DNA of 64,000 nucleotides from Octopus vulgaris (taxonomy: Eukaryota), in assembly GCA_951406725.2 (NCBI GenBank), contig OX597814.1:51770001-51834000 (forward strand), given 5' to 3'. Below are positions 1-12,360 of the stretch, in pieces; positions within the stretch are counted from its first letter, which is position 1; each line of letters starts with the position of its first letter. The translations under genes and the position numbers were made by a program. The notes beneath the pieces were generated by a model, which was not told the DNA's origin, ran no database searches, and saw only the letters and a list, made by a program, of their open reading frames with translations.

Positions 1-68
1 AACCAAGACGATTTTATTACTATTACAAACGGAATGACTTTTATAGATTTTATAAAAAATTTTAAACG

Positions 69-314
69 ATGGTGCGACATAAAACATTGAAAAGGTTTAC
101 CCCTAAAGCCAACAGTTCTAAGGCAGTCCACTCTGAACAATCTAATCGCCGGAAAATCCATATGGATTCATTAGAATGTAAGAGTAAATTCTGCCAGTGT
201 TGGAAAGATGATAAAGATAGCAAACTACCAAATGCTGAAACAATCACCGCAAAATTACAAGTTAACAAAATGAAAAAAGAAGTGGTCCCAAAATTCAATA
301 ATGCCACACAGAAT
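69..314 (+). CDS. Tentative first coding exon (MVRHKTL...KFNNATQN), possibly of the ankyrin-pseudokinase gene
   Basis: ATG at 69 opens 82 codons that end exactly at a strong donor (AAT|gtaagt, 315) in phase 0. An acceptor-like ttttatag lies at 39-46. Joining to 24962 gives NATQN|DGATAL, which fits an ankyrin start. This needs a 24.6-kb intron, so the link is inferred. Confidence 0.4.
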
Positions 315-839
315 GTAAGTTTTTTTAATCTTTAATGTAAAACTAGTTTTAGGATTTGTATTTCATTTGGTGGGCCGATAAAATACTAGTCAAATCTGAG
401 GTGTATTAAATCTACTTCGTCTCTTCAACAAAATGTATTCTGTTTAAAATCGTTTTTTAAACTTAGACCAATTATTCCAGAAAGAAACGCAACAATTATA
501 ACGATGAAGGGAAATTAACTATATAAGGAAATACTTAGCCTGTATATATTCAATTAGTTGTTAAATTCATGGATTTTGGAAATATTTATTACCTATTCTA
601 ATTAAATTATTTAATTGAATCTACACAATGATTCCTAAACACAGGTATCATGGCCGTGAATTTTTAGGGAAAGGGAACAGATGATTATACAATATAAACT
701 TCACTTCTTTATAAGTGCTCTATTTAATAACTTACAGGGCATAATTTAAAAAGAAAAATGTTCCAGAATTTTATCTTGCGTCATACTAACGTAATACCAG
801 GACTTGTGTTATTGACAAGCGATAGCTCAAGAAAGAGCC

Positions 840-2006
840 TGTTATAGCTTTTGTTAAGCTATACAGAAAAAACTCAATGGAGAACCTGACTGTATTGGTG
901 AAAGATTTATTTAGTTACATTTAGTTAAACACATGAGAACGTGAGCCATCGATCAACTCGTGCTTCGTAGATGTCCCGCCTAATCGGAAGTTCACTTCAG
1001 TACAGACCAGCTCCTTAATTAGCCCACAGCGAAGTTCCTGTCTACATTTCGTCCGTCATAAATCCTTAGACAGTGCCCTACACTGTCGGCAATTGAGCGG
1101 TGTTTGGATCTTTTCCTTTTGAACGGCACTTTGTAACATAATTTCTAGGTAACTAAAAAGTTTTAAACTTCGTATACTGGTAGAACGTGTTTATAAAACA
1201 TCATTTTCTCTTGGCTTTATTGAAAAAATTCTATAGGTTGTAAGATATTTCGTCTAAAATTTCTAGCATTTCGGCAATTTTAACCAATCGCTGACGTCCA
1301 TTTAGGTAAACAACATTCTGTGCATAATGAATATGTCCCTCCTTTAAGAAACAGATTGGGTTTATTTACATTTATGAAGAAAAAAGATACCCTTCCCCCA
1401 CCCTAACCCTAAATCTAAAATAGATTGAAATGCAATAGATCGATACTAGGGTTATAATTATGGGTAACAATTTCATACGACACCGCAACGGAAAATGGGA
1501 TTTTTTTCTAGCGGTGTCAAAGGAAAATGTCACCCATAATTATGGCCCTAGTATCGATCTATTGCATTTCAATCTATTTTAGATTTAGGGTTAATTAGGG
1601 TTAGGGGTTGGGGAAGGGTATCTTTTTTTCTTCACAAATGTAAATAAACCCAATCTGTTTCTTAAAGGAGGGACATATTCATTATGCACAGAATGTTGTT
1701 TACCTAAATAGACGTCAGCGATTGGTTAAAATTGCGAAATGCTAGAAATTTTAGACAAAATATCTTACAACCTATAGAATTTTCTCAATAAAGCCAAGAG
1801 AAAATGATGTTTTATAAACACGTTCTACCAGTATATGAAGTTTAAAACTTTTAGTTACCTAGAAATTATGTTACAAAGTGCCGTTCAAAAGGAAAAGATC
1901 CCAGTGTTTTATAAGCTCGTACGCCTAAATAAAACATCAAATACAATAACTTGTGATTGATCCCAAAACTCAAGCCAAGATAATTTTAAGTCTGAACTAG
2001 CATACA
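840..2006 (-). mobile_element. Possible solo LTR interrupted by the fold-back MITE
   Basis: The minus strand reads TGT...ACA, with a TATAAAA-like box near 1908-1915 and AATAAA near 906-911. The TSD is not clean (agcc vs agtt). Confidence 0.25.
1106..1901. mobile_element. Fold-back (near-fully palindromic) MITE, Merlin-like, copy 1
   Basis: Inverted arms of about 380 bp run GGATCTTTTCCTTTTGAAC...GTTCAAAAGGAAAAGATCC. The 8-bp TSD is cggtgttt/cagtgttt. Confidence 0.9.
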
Positions 2007-2329
2007 AGTTAAGCAAGTTGAAACAATAAACACAATCGTTAATAGAACTGCCTAACACCAATTTAGGCTAAATTTTTCAATACTTTTTTTCTTCTCCTGA
2101 TTTCAAAAATATACTTAATTTTGCCTGCTATGAATACTTTAAGAGATAATCATAGTTTTATATTGGAAGAAAAGATAATTTGTTGCAGTAATGCTTTATT
2201 GACTTTATTTACATGTGCGACAATATCAATCAAGTAATATTTTTCTAATCATTTTTTGCATCTCACTTTAAACTAAACAGAAAATGCAAGTAGGTATATG
2301 ATGAGCTTACCCTAGAAATGCATTAAAGA

Positions 2330-3300
2330 TTGTATTTTCCTACTGTGAGCATCTTTATCTTAACGGGCCATATATAGTTTCCCATCATGGCAGTGTCTCA
2401 TCTTCCTCGGTATCTCTTCTCCATTGCAACAATGTCCTAGTGGAATCTCTTACCATGCTTCTCACTGATTTGACTGAGTTTTCAGGAAAGAAGTCCAAAT
2501 TTGAATGCAAAAAGTATACCTCTAAGGACATTCAATAGCCTAAGTTCTTAAAACTCTCATTAAACTTTACCAATAGATGCTTGTTGTTGAGATTTTTGTT
2601 GTTACGTGGGAAATCATGAACTGTGCACATCATGCCTCTCTTTCAACATTACTCATTGCCTTTTCAAGCATTGTCCTTCTTTGCGGTCTTGTCCAGTAAA
2701 AATGCAATCCTTAACCTTTGCCCCAGGTAGCTTTGGAAAGAGTAGACGAATTTCTTGAAAGCTTTCTCCACCATGATCTAAGGCCTTCACAAACTGTTTG
2801 ACAAAATCCAGTTTTATGTGAAGTGGAGGTAACAAAACCTTGGCAGGCTCTACAAGACATCTTATAATATTTTGCTTTCTGGCTGCATGTTATTCTGTGA
2901 GAGCCACTCACCATTCCGGTAATGTTCACGATCAGCTCTGTTGTGCAATAGGCAAAGAAAGCACGAATATTTTGTGTATCCACTCAGTAGTCCAAGCAAG
3001 AAGGCAAGCATCTTAAGTCACCACAAACATCCCACTTATAGCCTGCATATTTTACTTCCTGTAGAAACTTTTTAATATTTCCATATTCTTTCTTCATCTG
3101 TACAGAGTATGCTATAGGTAAAGATGAATACTGACTTCCATTGTACAGTAAAACTGCTTTGAGGCTTGTTGCTGAGCTGTCTATGAAAAGTTGCCATTCT
3201 TTTCAGTCATGATCAATTCTAATAGCTGAAAACAAGCCACTTATATCTTTGCAGAAACAGAGATCTTCACAAATATCATAGTATACATCCTTTTCTTGCA
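2330..3300 (-). pseudogene. Degenerate DNA transposase, CMC/Chapaev3-like
   Basis: Motifs LPPLHIKLDFVKQFVKALD...FPKL...KVK, FLHSNLDFFPEN and HGKRFH*DIVAMEKRYRG, broken by stops and frameshifts. Confidence 0.7.
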
Positions 3301-4137
3301 AGTACAAAACTACATCCTCCTGTGGTGCATGATTTAAGGCCTATTTGATTGCTATTTTTAGTACATATGACAACCACCTCAATGACTGAAACATATTAGT
3401 CAACATGTGCTTTCTTGCAGACAAGAGCCCTCATGTTTGGCTTGTTACTATGGAAACAGGTATGAATGTGTCTGTGGCTTATGATTGGCTAAATTTACCT
3501 AAAATTTTCAAAATTTTAATAGCTAATAACTCTTTATTTATTGATTTATGGTGAAAATGATTTTCATGGTATTGATTAGCATATAAAAGTATATCATTAC
3601 ACTGAATATGAAATCAGTTTGAACAGGAATTGAAGATATTAAACATTGGCAACTAAACAGAAAAGATCCGAAAACTGAGTTAAATGTTTTTAACCTTTAA
3701 AGTTTGATTATTTTATCTAGAATATGAAATTTAAATTTGATTTAAACATTGCAATGGGATTTTTTTACACTTTCTGGTGGTTGTCACACCAGTAACTTGT
3801 CATCATGGGGCAAAAGAGGCAGGTATGCTGGAATACTGAAGTGCTTGTCTTCCTTTAACTTTTTTGTACTTTTTATGTCAATCATGCAAAAATAGTAATC
3901 ATCGTGATGGCTTTTTGGCTCTTGCCATACACTTGGAATAGCAAAAGGTACGGCTCAAACAGTATAGAATTTTCCAAGCCTTAATATTTTTTTTAACCCA
4001 CACTGCCCCTAGTTGTTCTTGTGATGCATCAGTGTTTTCGGCGTACCTTTTGAAAACTGCTGCTTTAAGCATTAAGTCATTTAACTAGGTGACGTAGTCT
4101 CAATTCTCACCTGCTGCTCTCTTCCATCTATAGTGTT

Positions 4138-4492
4138 ATTACCTCCACCTTAGTGAAGGCAGAGATATTGTTTTCAGTTGTGTTTGTTTGTTTGTGGACA
4201 AGATATCTCAAGAACTGCTGGATGGATTCAGATGAAACTTTCTGGGATGTTTGGCCTCATGACTGGCACAAACTGATTAGATTTTGGGAGCAATCCAGTA
4301 ACGGACAAGGATTCTGGATTATTTTTCGTATTTTTTAACTTAGAGGAGTCAGGTTCATTTTTAGTATTCTCATTTGTGAGAGCAGTCAAGTTTATTTTAG
4401 ATATTCTCATTTTAAAAATCATCTTTGGCTAATTGCTGAGATGATGTTGGTGTAATTTTGGCAGAGGTTTGCGCTATCTGAGTGCTCTTGTT
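4138..4492 (+). mobile_element. Non-autonomous Helentron/HINE-like element
   Basis: Starts attacctccacc with a nearby inverted aggcagagat. Ends with a sub-terminal ggcagaggt followed by a short hairpin (gcgctatctgagtgc). Confidence 0.5.
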
Positions 4493-6592
4493 CGTATTTA
4501 TATTTTGTGTGTGTTACCATCCATACAATGTGAACTAGACTTTTAAACTCTTATTTGCATTAGTTTTGTTTCACATCTAAACAGTTTTGTTTGGTCGACT
4601 GTAACAAAGACCAGTTAAATGAGACTGATTAATAACCATGATTGGTTTTGAAGTCAACATTTCACGATCTCAAATAAAGATTAATTATTCGTTTTCTGAA
4701 ACATTTATGACATACAAGAATAAATTACTTAAATAATGACCTCAAATATCTTTATTTTCATTTACAAAAATACATGACACTAAAATGTAGGAAACAATCA
4801 ATAATTTTTATAGGTTTTGTTTTAATGACAAATGAAAGCAGTCATCCTCAAACTGACAAAGACTAGACCTTCTACCAAATAAATAAATAACAATAATAAT
4901 GACATTTCCCCTTCCCCTTATTAATGAGAAGACAATAAAGTTTGCTTCCACATTATTCTTCTTTCTTTTGTCGTAGTATTGGATAGATTTCAGATGTTTA
5001 AAATTATTTTAATTCTATAAAATATGGAAATTTGTCCACTCCATTTTCAGTCCTCATAGCTTCCTCTTCCCTTACTTATAAGAAATACTAGTTTAAATTT
5101 ATTATGGGATGATGATTTTCAGGAATTATAAAGTAAAAAGAGCAAAAATAAACTTACCAGCAATAAATTTAACTTGATCACTAAATGGAAAATTGCAGCC
5201 ACAGGCATTTAAAATTTGCTAAACAACTATGTAAAATTTCTGAATTGAAATGGTTTAGTATCCAAGTTATATGTAACGACAAATGTTTTCAACAACAACA
5301 GTAACATCTAAGATATAGAGTTCAATGTCAAGGCTTTTGGAATTATTTTAAAAAATTGATCAAGAGATACCAATCAGACATAAATGCCAAATTATGTAAA
5401 CTATGTTGTGTCTTAAATACCACAAGTATTCAACAAGAGCCTGCCACCTAGTTTGGGAAGATGTGTGCAGTACTTCCCAGACTAAACATGCACATCTTAT
5501 AATGATTCTGCTTATTTGTACGTTACTTAGCCCATCCATAATTCTTTCATGTGATTAGCTGAAGGAAAAGGCGAAGAGTGAGAGAAAAAGTGGGAGACAG
5601 AAAAAAGGTAGAGGGAAAAAGATGGAAAGAGAAGCTTCCATGAAGTGAGGTAGAGGGAACAGAATTGTAATGCTTTAACGTGATTAGTTGAAAGGAAAGA
5701 GGAAGTAAGAAAAAGGAGAGAGAAAAAGAGGATATATAATATAATTTTAGCAGAGGAGTGATGTTCTGATGGGAGGTTATAGAAAGGCAGAGAGTGAGGA
5801 TGTAATATTTATTATGTGGTTAAAAAAGTTAGTTGAAGGCAGTGATATAGAGGAGGAGAGTTAGGAATATAATTTTAGCAGAGGGGTGATGTTCTGATTG
5901 GGAGGTTATAGAAAGGCAGAGAGTGAGAGAGAAATGATGATGACAGTGGTAGTGGTGAATGGAAAGGTGTTCACAGATTGAAATGTGTATTGGCTTATAT
6001 GTTACCAATGATGTGATTTTCAGATCATGCCATGTTGCATTTTTACCCCCGTGAAATTGTGACTCCTATATTTTACATCTAAAATAATTTTTTTTTTTAC
6101 TATAAAATAGTGGCCATATACATTTTAGAATGTAATTTTTTTTTTTTTTTTTTTTGTTAATGGGGAAAAATGGAAAATAAGAGTGAATATTTATTCATTG
6201 AGTGCTGTGTATTAAGTCTATAAAATTGTGTATAAAGTATATAAAGTGCATTACGTAATCATCATATTCCAATTTCCTTCACTTTTCAATGGGTAGCAGA
6301 TGAGTGACTATCTTTTGATACAGACACAACACAGGCTACACTTCAGGTTTTTTTGGATAAAGTTTTCAGAAATAATCCAATAAGTTTACCATTAATTCCA
6401 CGAAATAATCATGGATCCTGCTAGAATTAATAAACCTAAAAAGTAAATAATTCCTAATTGATTATAATAATTATAAAAATGGTAATTTAATACATTAAAT
6501 TCACTGTATAATTCAGTAAATGACTAATGTGATATTTTTGTGTGAGGCAAGCACAATTTCCCCATGCTTTTCAACGAGTACGTAACTATAAT

Positions 6593-6762
6593 TCTCAGTA
6601 TCTATGTTCCCCAGTACCTATGTGTATTGAACCCAATATTCCTGGTACTTATGTTCACCAGTGCCTATGCTCCCTGGTACCTATATTTTCTGGTATCGAT
6701 GTACCCCAGCATCTATGTTTCCCTGCCCACTTTTATGTTATCAAGTACCTATGTTTCCTCAT
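6593..6762. repeat. Degenerate ~17-bp minisatellite (cctatgttccccagta-like)
   Basis: About 10 diverged units of (ta)cctatgtt(c)ccc(a/t)g. Confidence 0.65.
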
Positions 6763-7210
6763 ACTTATATTATACTGTCCTTATAGAAACATTTAAATAA
6801 AATTAACATTACATAACTATATGTTATTCATCTTTTCTCCCAGCTGGTGATCATGTGTTTCAAAAGATTAGTTAGTAAACATTACGAAGAGTGCTTACTC
6901 TTCTGCATACGATTACATCTAACAAGGGACTGATGAATAGCTCTTGAAATCCAAATTCTGGACGACCCCCATGCCTAAAGAATGAAGTGACATTGCTGTC
7001 TCAATAAGTGTTTGCCTAGCTTTCTGTATACCATTGTCTAGATTCTTTGTCTAGTTCTTTAAACGCTATTGTCTAGAATTAATTATGTTTGAATTTATTG
7101 TCTAGAATTGGTTATTGTTTGAATTGGTTATGTGCAGATGGTTGCATGTTGGCGTCACAAATTGTGTAATGGTTGTGGTTTAAAGATGTCCGCAGAATAA
7201 ATGATGATGA

Positions 7211-7941
7211 TCATCATCGTTTAACGTCCGCTTTCCATGCTAGCATGGGTTGGATGGTTTGACTGAAGTGTGGCGAACCAGATAGCTACGCCAGGCTCCA
7301 ATCTGATCTGGCAGAGTTTCTACAGCTGGATGCCCTTCCTAATGCCAACCACTCCGAGAATGTTGTGGGTGCTTTTACGTGCCAGTCAGATAGTACTGGC
7401 AACAGCCACGCTCAAATGGTGCTTTTTATGTGCCATCTGCACAGGAGCCAGTCCAGCGGCACTGGCAACGACCCTAATCGAATGTTTTTTCATGTGCCTC
7501 CAGTATAAGTGCCAGTAAGGTGATGCACGTAATGATCACGCTCGAATGGTGCTATTACATGCCACTGGCAAGGAAGCCAGTTTGTTGCTCTGGCAACAAT
7601 CACGCTCGGATGGTACTCTTAGCACTCTTCTAGCACGGATGCCAGTCATTGAATTTGATTTCGATTTCAATTTCCCTTGCCTCAACAGGTCTTTGCAAGC
7701 AGAGTTTAGTGTCCAATGAAGGAAAGGTATGCATTATATAAGTGGGCTGGTTACACCCCTGGCATTGGCCACGAGGTTATGGTCTCACTTGGCTTGCCGA
7801 GTCTTCTCAAGCACAGCATATTTCCAAAGGTCCTGGTCACTAGTCATTGCCTTGGTGAGGCCCAATGTTCGAAGGTCATGCTTCAGCACCTCATCCCAGG
7901 TCTTCCTGGGTCTACCTCTTCCACAGGTTCCATCAACTGCT
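7211..7941 (-). mobile_element. 5'-truncated RTE LINE, 3' end
   Basis: (CAT)n tail followed by gtttaacgtccgctttccatgctagcatggg, shared with the RTE at 62009. The ORF tail encodes GRGRPRKTWDEVLKHDL. Confidence 0.85.
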
Positions 7942-8095
7942 AAAAATAGTAGATGGCCTTTATTTTACCGTTATGATATAAAATACTTCTGCTTCAAGTT
8001 ACATAAAGATTAGTTGAAGTTTGGTTGTTCATCTGTGTGCTAGATAAACAGAAGGGAGAAGGAGAGAGAAAGTGTAATAGAATTTACCTCTCCAT

Positions 8096-8284
8096 TTGTT
8101 AGCATGCCAGGTAAAATTTTTAGCATTTCGCCCGTTGCTACCGTCTGAGTTCAAATTCCGCTAAGGTCGATTTGCCTTTCATCCTTTCGGGGTCTATTAA
8201 CTACGTACCAGGTCGTACTGGAGTTGATCTAATCGACTGGCCCCCACTCCCCAAAAGTTTCAGGCCTTGTTCCTAGAGTATAAA
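8096..8284 (+). mobile_element. tRNA-derived SINE (Meta-domain-like), 5' decayed
   Basis: B-box gagttcaaattcc and central gcctttcatcctttcgggg. TSD agaatttacct(c/t)tccat. Confidence 0.8.
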
Positions 8285-10339
8285 AGAATTTACCTTTCCA
8301 TGTTGACAAGTAGAGAGTGAAAGTTGTATAGGCCCTCTTTTACATGCAAGAGGTGCTCCCTTTACCATGCGAAAGACCAAGATTAACTTTAGACAAGGCA
8401 CCGAGCGAAAGAGGAAGAACTGAATTTATATTTTCTTAACTAAATTAGGTTAGTCCAAACAAAAAAATTTCCGTCAGTCATCTTGTTTGAACTGTATTTA
8501 ACCTCAGGATTTTCAGGAAACAATAGGATTTATCTAAATATTATTGTTGATTTCGGTAAATTTCTTAGTGCCAATACCGAGAACAATAAGAAGGAACTCA
8601 TATAAAAATCTAGATTAGGTTTCGAATCATGGCTGAGAATCCAGGAAGTGCTTCGCTTCAGGATATTTACGATAGCTCCGTAAATGCTATTACCACGGAA
8701 GGATGTTTACCAAACTCTTTACACTGTAGGAGATATATAAGAGAGTTGTAACCAAGAATCGAAACTTCGGTCTTCACATTTGTTTCAATTGTTCTCAGAA
8801 TTTGTTCACCTGTCAAATAAGCCCATTCGATTCGTACATACTGCAGTACAGTTCACCGCAAGGCGAATCATTAGTGAGGCAACCTGAACGGCACATATCA
8901 GTTCGGAAGGAACTCATTAAACGCATCTCCATTTCATAGAAGAAATGACTCGACCAACTCTTAATAACAGAACTTGGTGATAAACTATAAAAAAAAAGGA
9001 AGAAAAAAGGTCGCAGCTCTTGCTAAGGCAAGAACTACATCTGTTTTCTTTTTCTGTTAAAAACATTTTAGGACGAAGTATTTAAACAATTATTCCTGAA
9101 GCAACTGCCTTCCACTATGCCAGACATCCTCGCATCCATCATCTCTGTTCAGTCTGTATCTTTTCCGAAGTTGGCTCAGTTAACACCAATTATACCTTCT
9201 ATAAACCCTTTCTCTCTCTACTTCTTTGTATTCCTTCTTTCCATATGCATACGTATCTATGCGTGAGCGTATGTATACAATTAAATATCTTTGTAAAAAT
9301 ATTTTTATATGTGATAAAGCCTGTTGTTGACACTTTATTAATACATTCTACCCTTCCCTTTAAAGGTGTACCTGATAATTAAATTTGTTGAAGAGAAATG
9401 TTCGTTTCATCTTCACATTTCTCTTGCAGTTTTAACACCACAAAATCATTCGAAACTATATATATATTTATTCTAACTTGAAATTAATTCATTTGGCTGT
9501 AAGGTGAATAATGTAATTATAATTGCATCGATAATTTCAAACCTAAACAATCGGTTAATTAATGCTGAATTTAGATTGTATGCAAAATGTCAAGATAATG
9601 AGACCCAACTACGTCAAATAGCGTCTATATGTTTGTTCAGCCCACCCATTCTATTTAGAGTTTTCACTCTAAAAATATTTTACAGCAAGACTATGGCTGT
9701 GTGGTTAAGTTCAGTTCGCAGTCAAGTGATTTGGGGTTCAGTCCTAGTGCGCAGCAGTTTCCATCTCATGCATTCAGTTACAAGCCATTGAAAGACGAAA
9801 ACTGCACGGAAAATATGTTTAAAAAGCCCCCCAAAAAAACTAGCTTCCAGGAATGTGTTTAATATGTAAATTGGTATATCCAATGACGTTGCACCGCTGT
9901 ATGTGGTGACTATTTGGGCAATGATTTCGTGGATGATTGATAGGTAGGATGGATGCTGATGAAGGAGCAAAAACTCTCGAAGTGTGGAATATGCGCCCAT
10001 TACACATTTTTTCATCTTCGATCTCATTGTTTGTTTACATCTTACGTATCGGATACGAAACGTTATAACAAAGTCAGTACTGGAGTTGATTTCATCGGCC
10101 AGAACCTTCAAGGCCGTGCCCCTGGAGAACTGCAGCCCAATAACTGGAATAAGTGAAAAAATGTATTCTAATGCATAGAACATGATACACAGGATTTGGG
10201 AAAAATTTAAAGATTGACTGAAATCGTTCAGAAAGACGTGTAAAAAAAAAAATTGAAAGGATTTGTTTATCATTGAATGAAGTGTGTAAAATAAAAGTGA
10301 TAGCAGGGTGATGGTTGAACTTATTACCTGTAATCCAAG

Positions 10340-10835
10340 AGTATTTGAGTCTCTAGTGACCTATGACGAAAACCGGATCTTCTGTTATGATCCAGAGACC
10401 AAGGGACAGTGTAATGGAAGCATCCCAGATCAAAGAAAGCCGTGAAAATCAAATTCACCGGAAAGTTGATAATGACCCTCGCTCTTTCTTTGACAGTAAG
10501 GGCATCACCTCCATCCACAGATGGCCAACAAAATTTCTGGAGGATTTAAACGAGTTCAAGAAGAGATTTCGTCGCAAACAGCCAGAGCTCTTCCACTCGG
10601 GTCTGTGACACATGCATTAGGACAATGCACCAGTCCTGGTAACAAAATACTTAACAGAGATAGGTATCAAGACTGTCCCTCACATTTCCCACAATATAGA
10701 CCATTGCTCCCTGTGACCTTTGGCTATTCCCCAAACTGAAGGACAACCTCAGAGGCAGTCGTTTTGAAAATATTGAGAAGGGCACCTTCGGGCTTCCATG
10801 TGGCTTTCACGAAGTGGCTGGAGCGCTACAAGTAC
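10340..10835 (+). pseudogene. Mariner transposase remnant
   Basis: LVTYDENRIFCYDPETK, FFDSKG, RRKQPEL, H*DNAP and CDLWLFPKLK-like motifs, with frameshifts. Confidence 0.75.
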
Positions 10836-11389
10836 ATACATAAACATACTTCTGTTATTTAGCATTACACCTTTCGGCAAGAAATCTTTGCAAAAAGTGA
10901 TTCTTAATAGAAACTAAATATTGACTTGGTTTTATATGGGTGAAATAACACGCAGCATGAACAAATATCCATCACCCACCTAATCGAGCTGCAAAATCAT
11001 CATCATAATCCTCCTCGTTGTTATCAATTCTGAGAAATGTTTGTCAAGATGTAATTTGAAAATATTTTGAGACTGCTTGAGTTTGTTTGTTTTGTAACTG
11101 ATTGCTTTTCAACGTCGTTATTGTTTTTTTAAAAAGGTAAAGAGAACAAATCTTGAGATAACAAGTAACTGCGTGGGAGGAAAAACCACTACAAAAATCC
11201 CAGATACCCGCTGTCTACTCATATTTATCTCAACGGTATTTGTATATGGTGTCAATGATTTCATATAGTGCACCTTTCAGGGTACCATAATTTTTGAGTT
11301 CTGATCTCCCCCAAGATTAACATTTACGTTTCATCTTTTCAACCATTAGTATACTGGATCACTTTCATTAATTATCCATTCTATTAAAG

Positions 11390-11575
11390 ATACATGCAGT
11401 GAAATTTTGGTGGAGGGGTTAGTCGATTACATTGATTCCAGTTGCTGAACTGGTCCCTCATTTCATAGATCCCGAAAGGATAAAAGACAAAATTCAACCG
11501 CGGTGAAATTTGAACTCCGAACGTAAAGACGAACGAAATGCCGCTAAGCACCTTGTCTGACGTGCAAGCAGTTCT
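11390..11575 (-). mobile_element. Older copy of the tRNA SINE
   Basis: Reverse complement matches the SINE (cccgaaaggataaaag...gaaatttgaactc...gaaatgccgctaagc). Confidence 0.7.
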
Positions 11576-11607
11576 GTTCGTTACATATCAATTACATTAA
11601 TTAATTT

Positions 11608-12360
11608 CCTATTCGCAACGTAGCTTGTCTTCTGTGACATTAATACGAGGCTATTTTCCTTTCGAAGAAACTTTTTCATCGATATTCTGATCAAAAGCAT
11701 TTTAAAAGTTTCTTTTTTATTTAAAAAATAAATGTATTCACTTCAAGCACTAGCGAAGAAATATTTTTAAAACAATGATTTTAGAAGCAGCTCTATTTAA
11801 TCAGATAGCGATGTTTCATGTACAAAGACAGTTAAAATTCTTTGACAATTTTTTCATTGGAAAGTGAAAATGATATTGCTGAAATACAGGATGGAAATTG
11901 AACTTCTAAAAAAATCACATTAAAACTAGGGGTCGTCTTATATACCCCTTTTAAAATCTGAACATTGTAAACCACTCGCATAGCCTATTCGCAACGTAGT
12001 TTGTCTTCTGTGACATTAATACGAGGCTATTTTCCTTTCGAAGAAACTTTTTCATCGATATTCTGATTAAAAGCATTTTAAAAGTTTCTTTTTTTATTTA
12101 AAAAATAAATGTATTCAGTTCGAGCACTTGTGAAGAAATATTTTTAAAACAATGATTTTAGAAGCAGCTCTATTTAATCAGATAGCGATGTTTCATGTAC
12201 AAAGACAGTTAAAATTCTTTGACAATTTTTTCAGTGGAAAGTGAAAATGATATTGCTGAAATACAGGATGGAAATTGAACTTCTAAAAAAATCACATTAA
12301 AACTAGGGGTCGTCTTATATACCCCTTTTAAAATCTGAACATTGTAAACCACTCGTATAG
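11608..12360. repeat. Near-perfect tandem duplication, 376/377-bp units (11608-11983, 11984-12360)
   Basis: Both units start cctattcgcaacgtag and end taaaccactcg(c/t)atag, with few substitutions. Confidence 0.95.

Noticed and set aside
1398-1610. CCCTAA/TTAGGG telomere-like hexamers
   Set aside because: Only 2-3 units within MITE arms; not an interstitial telomere.
9722-10273. 183-aa minus-strand ORF
   Set aside because: No recognisable motifs, it overlaps repeat fragments, and it has no splice context.
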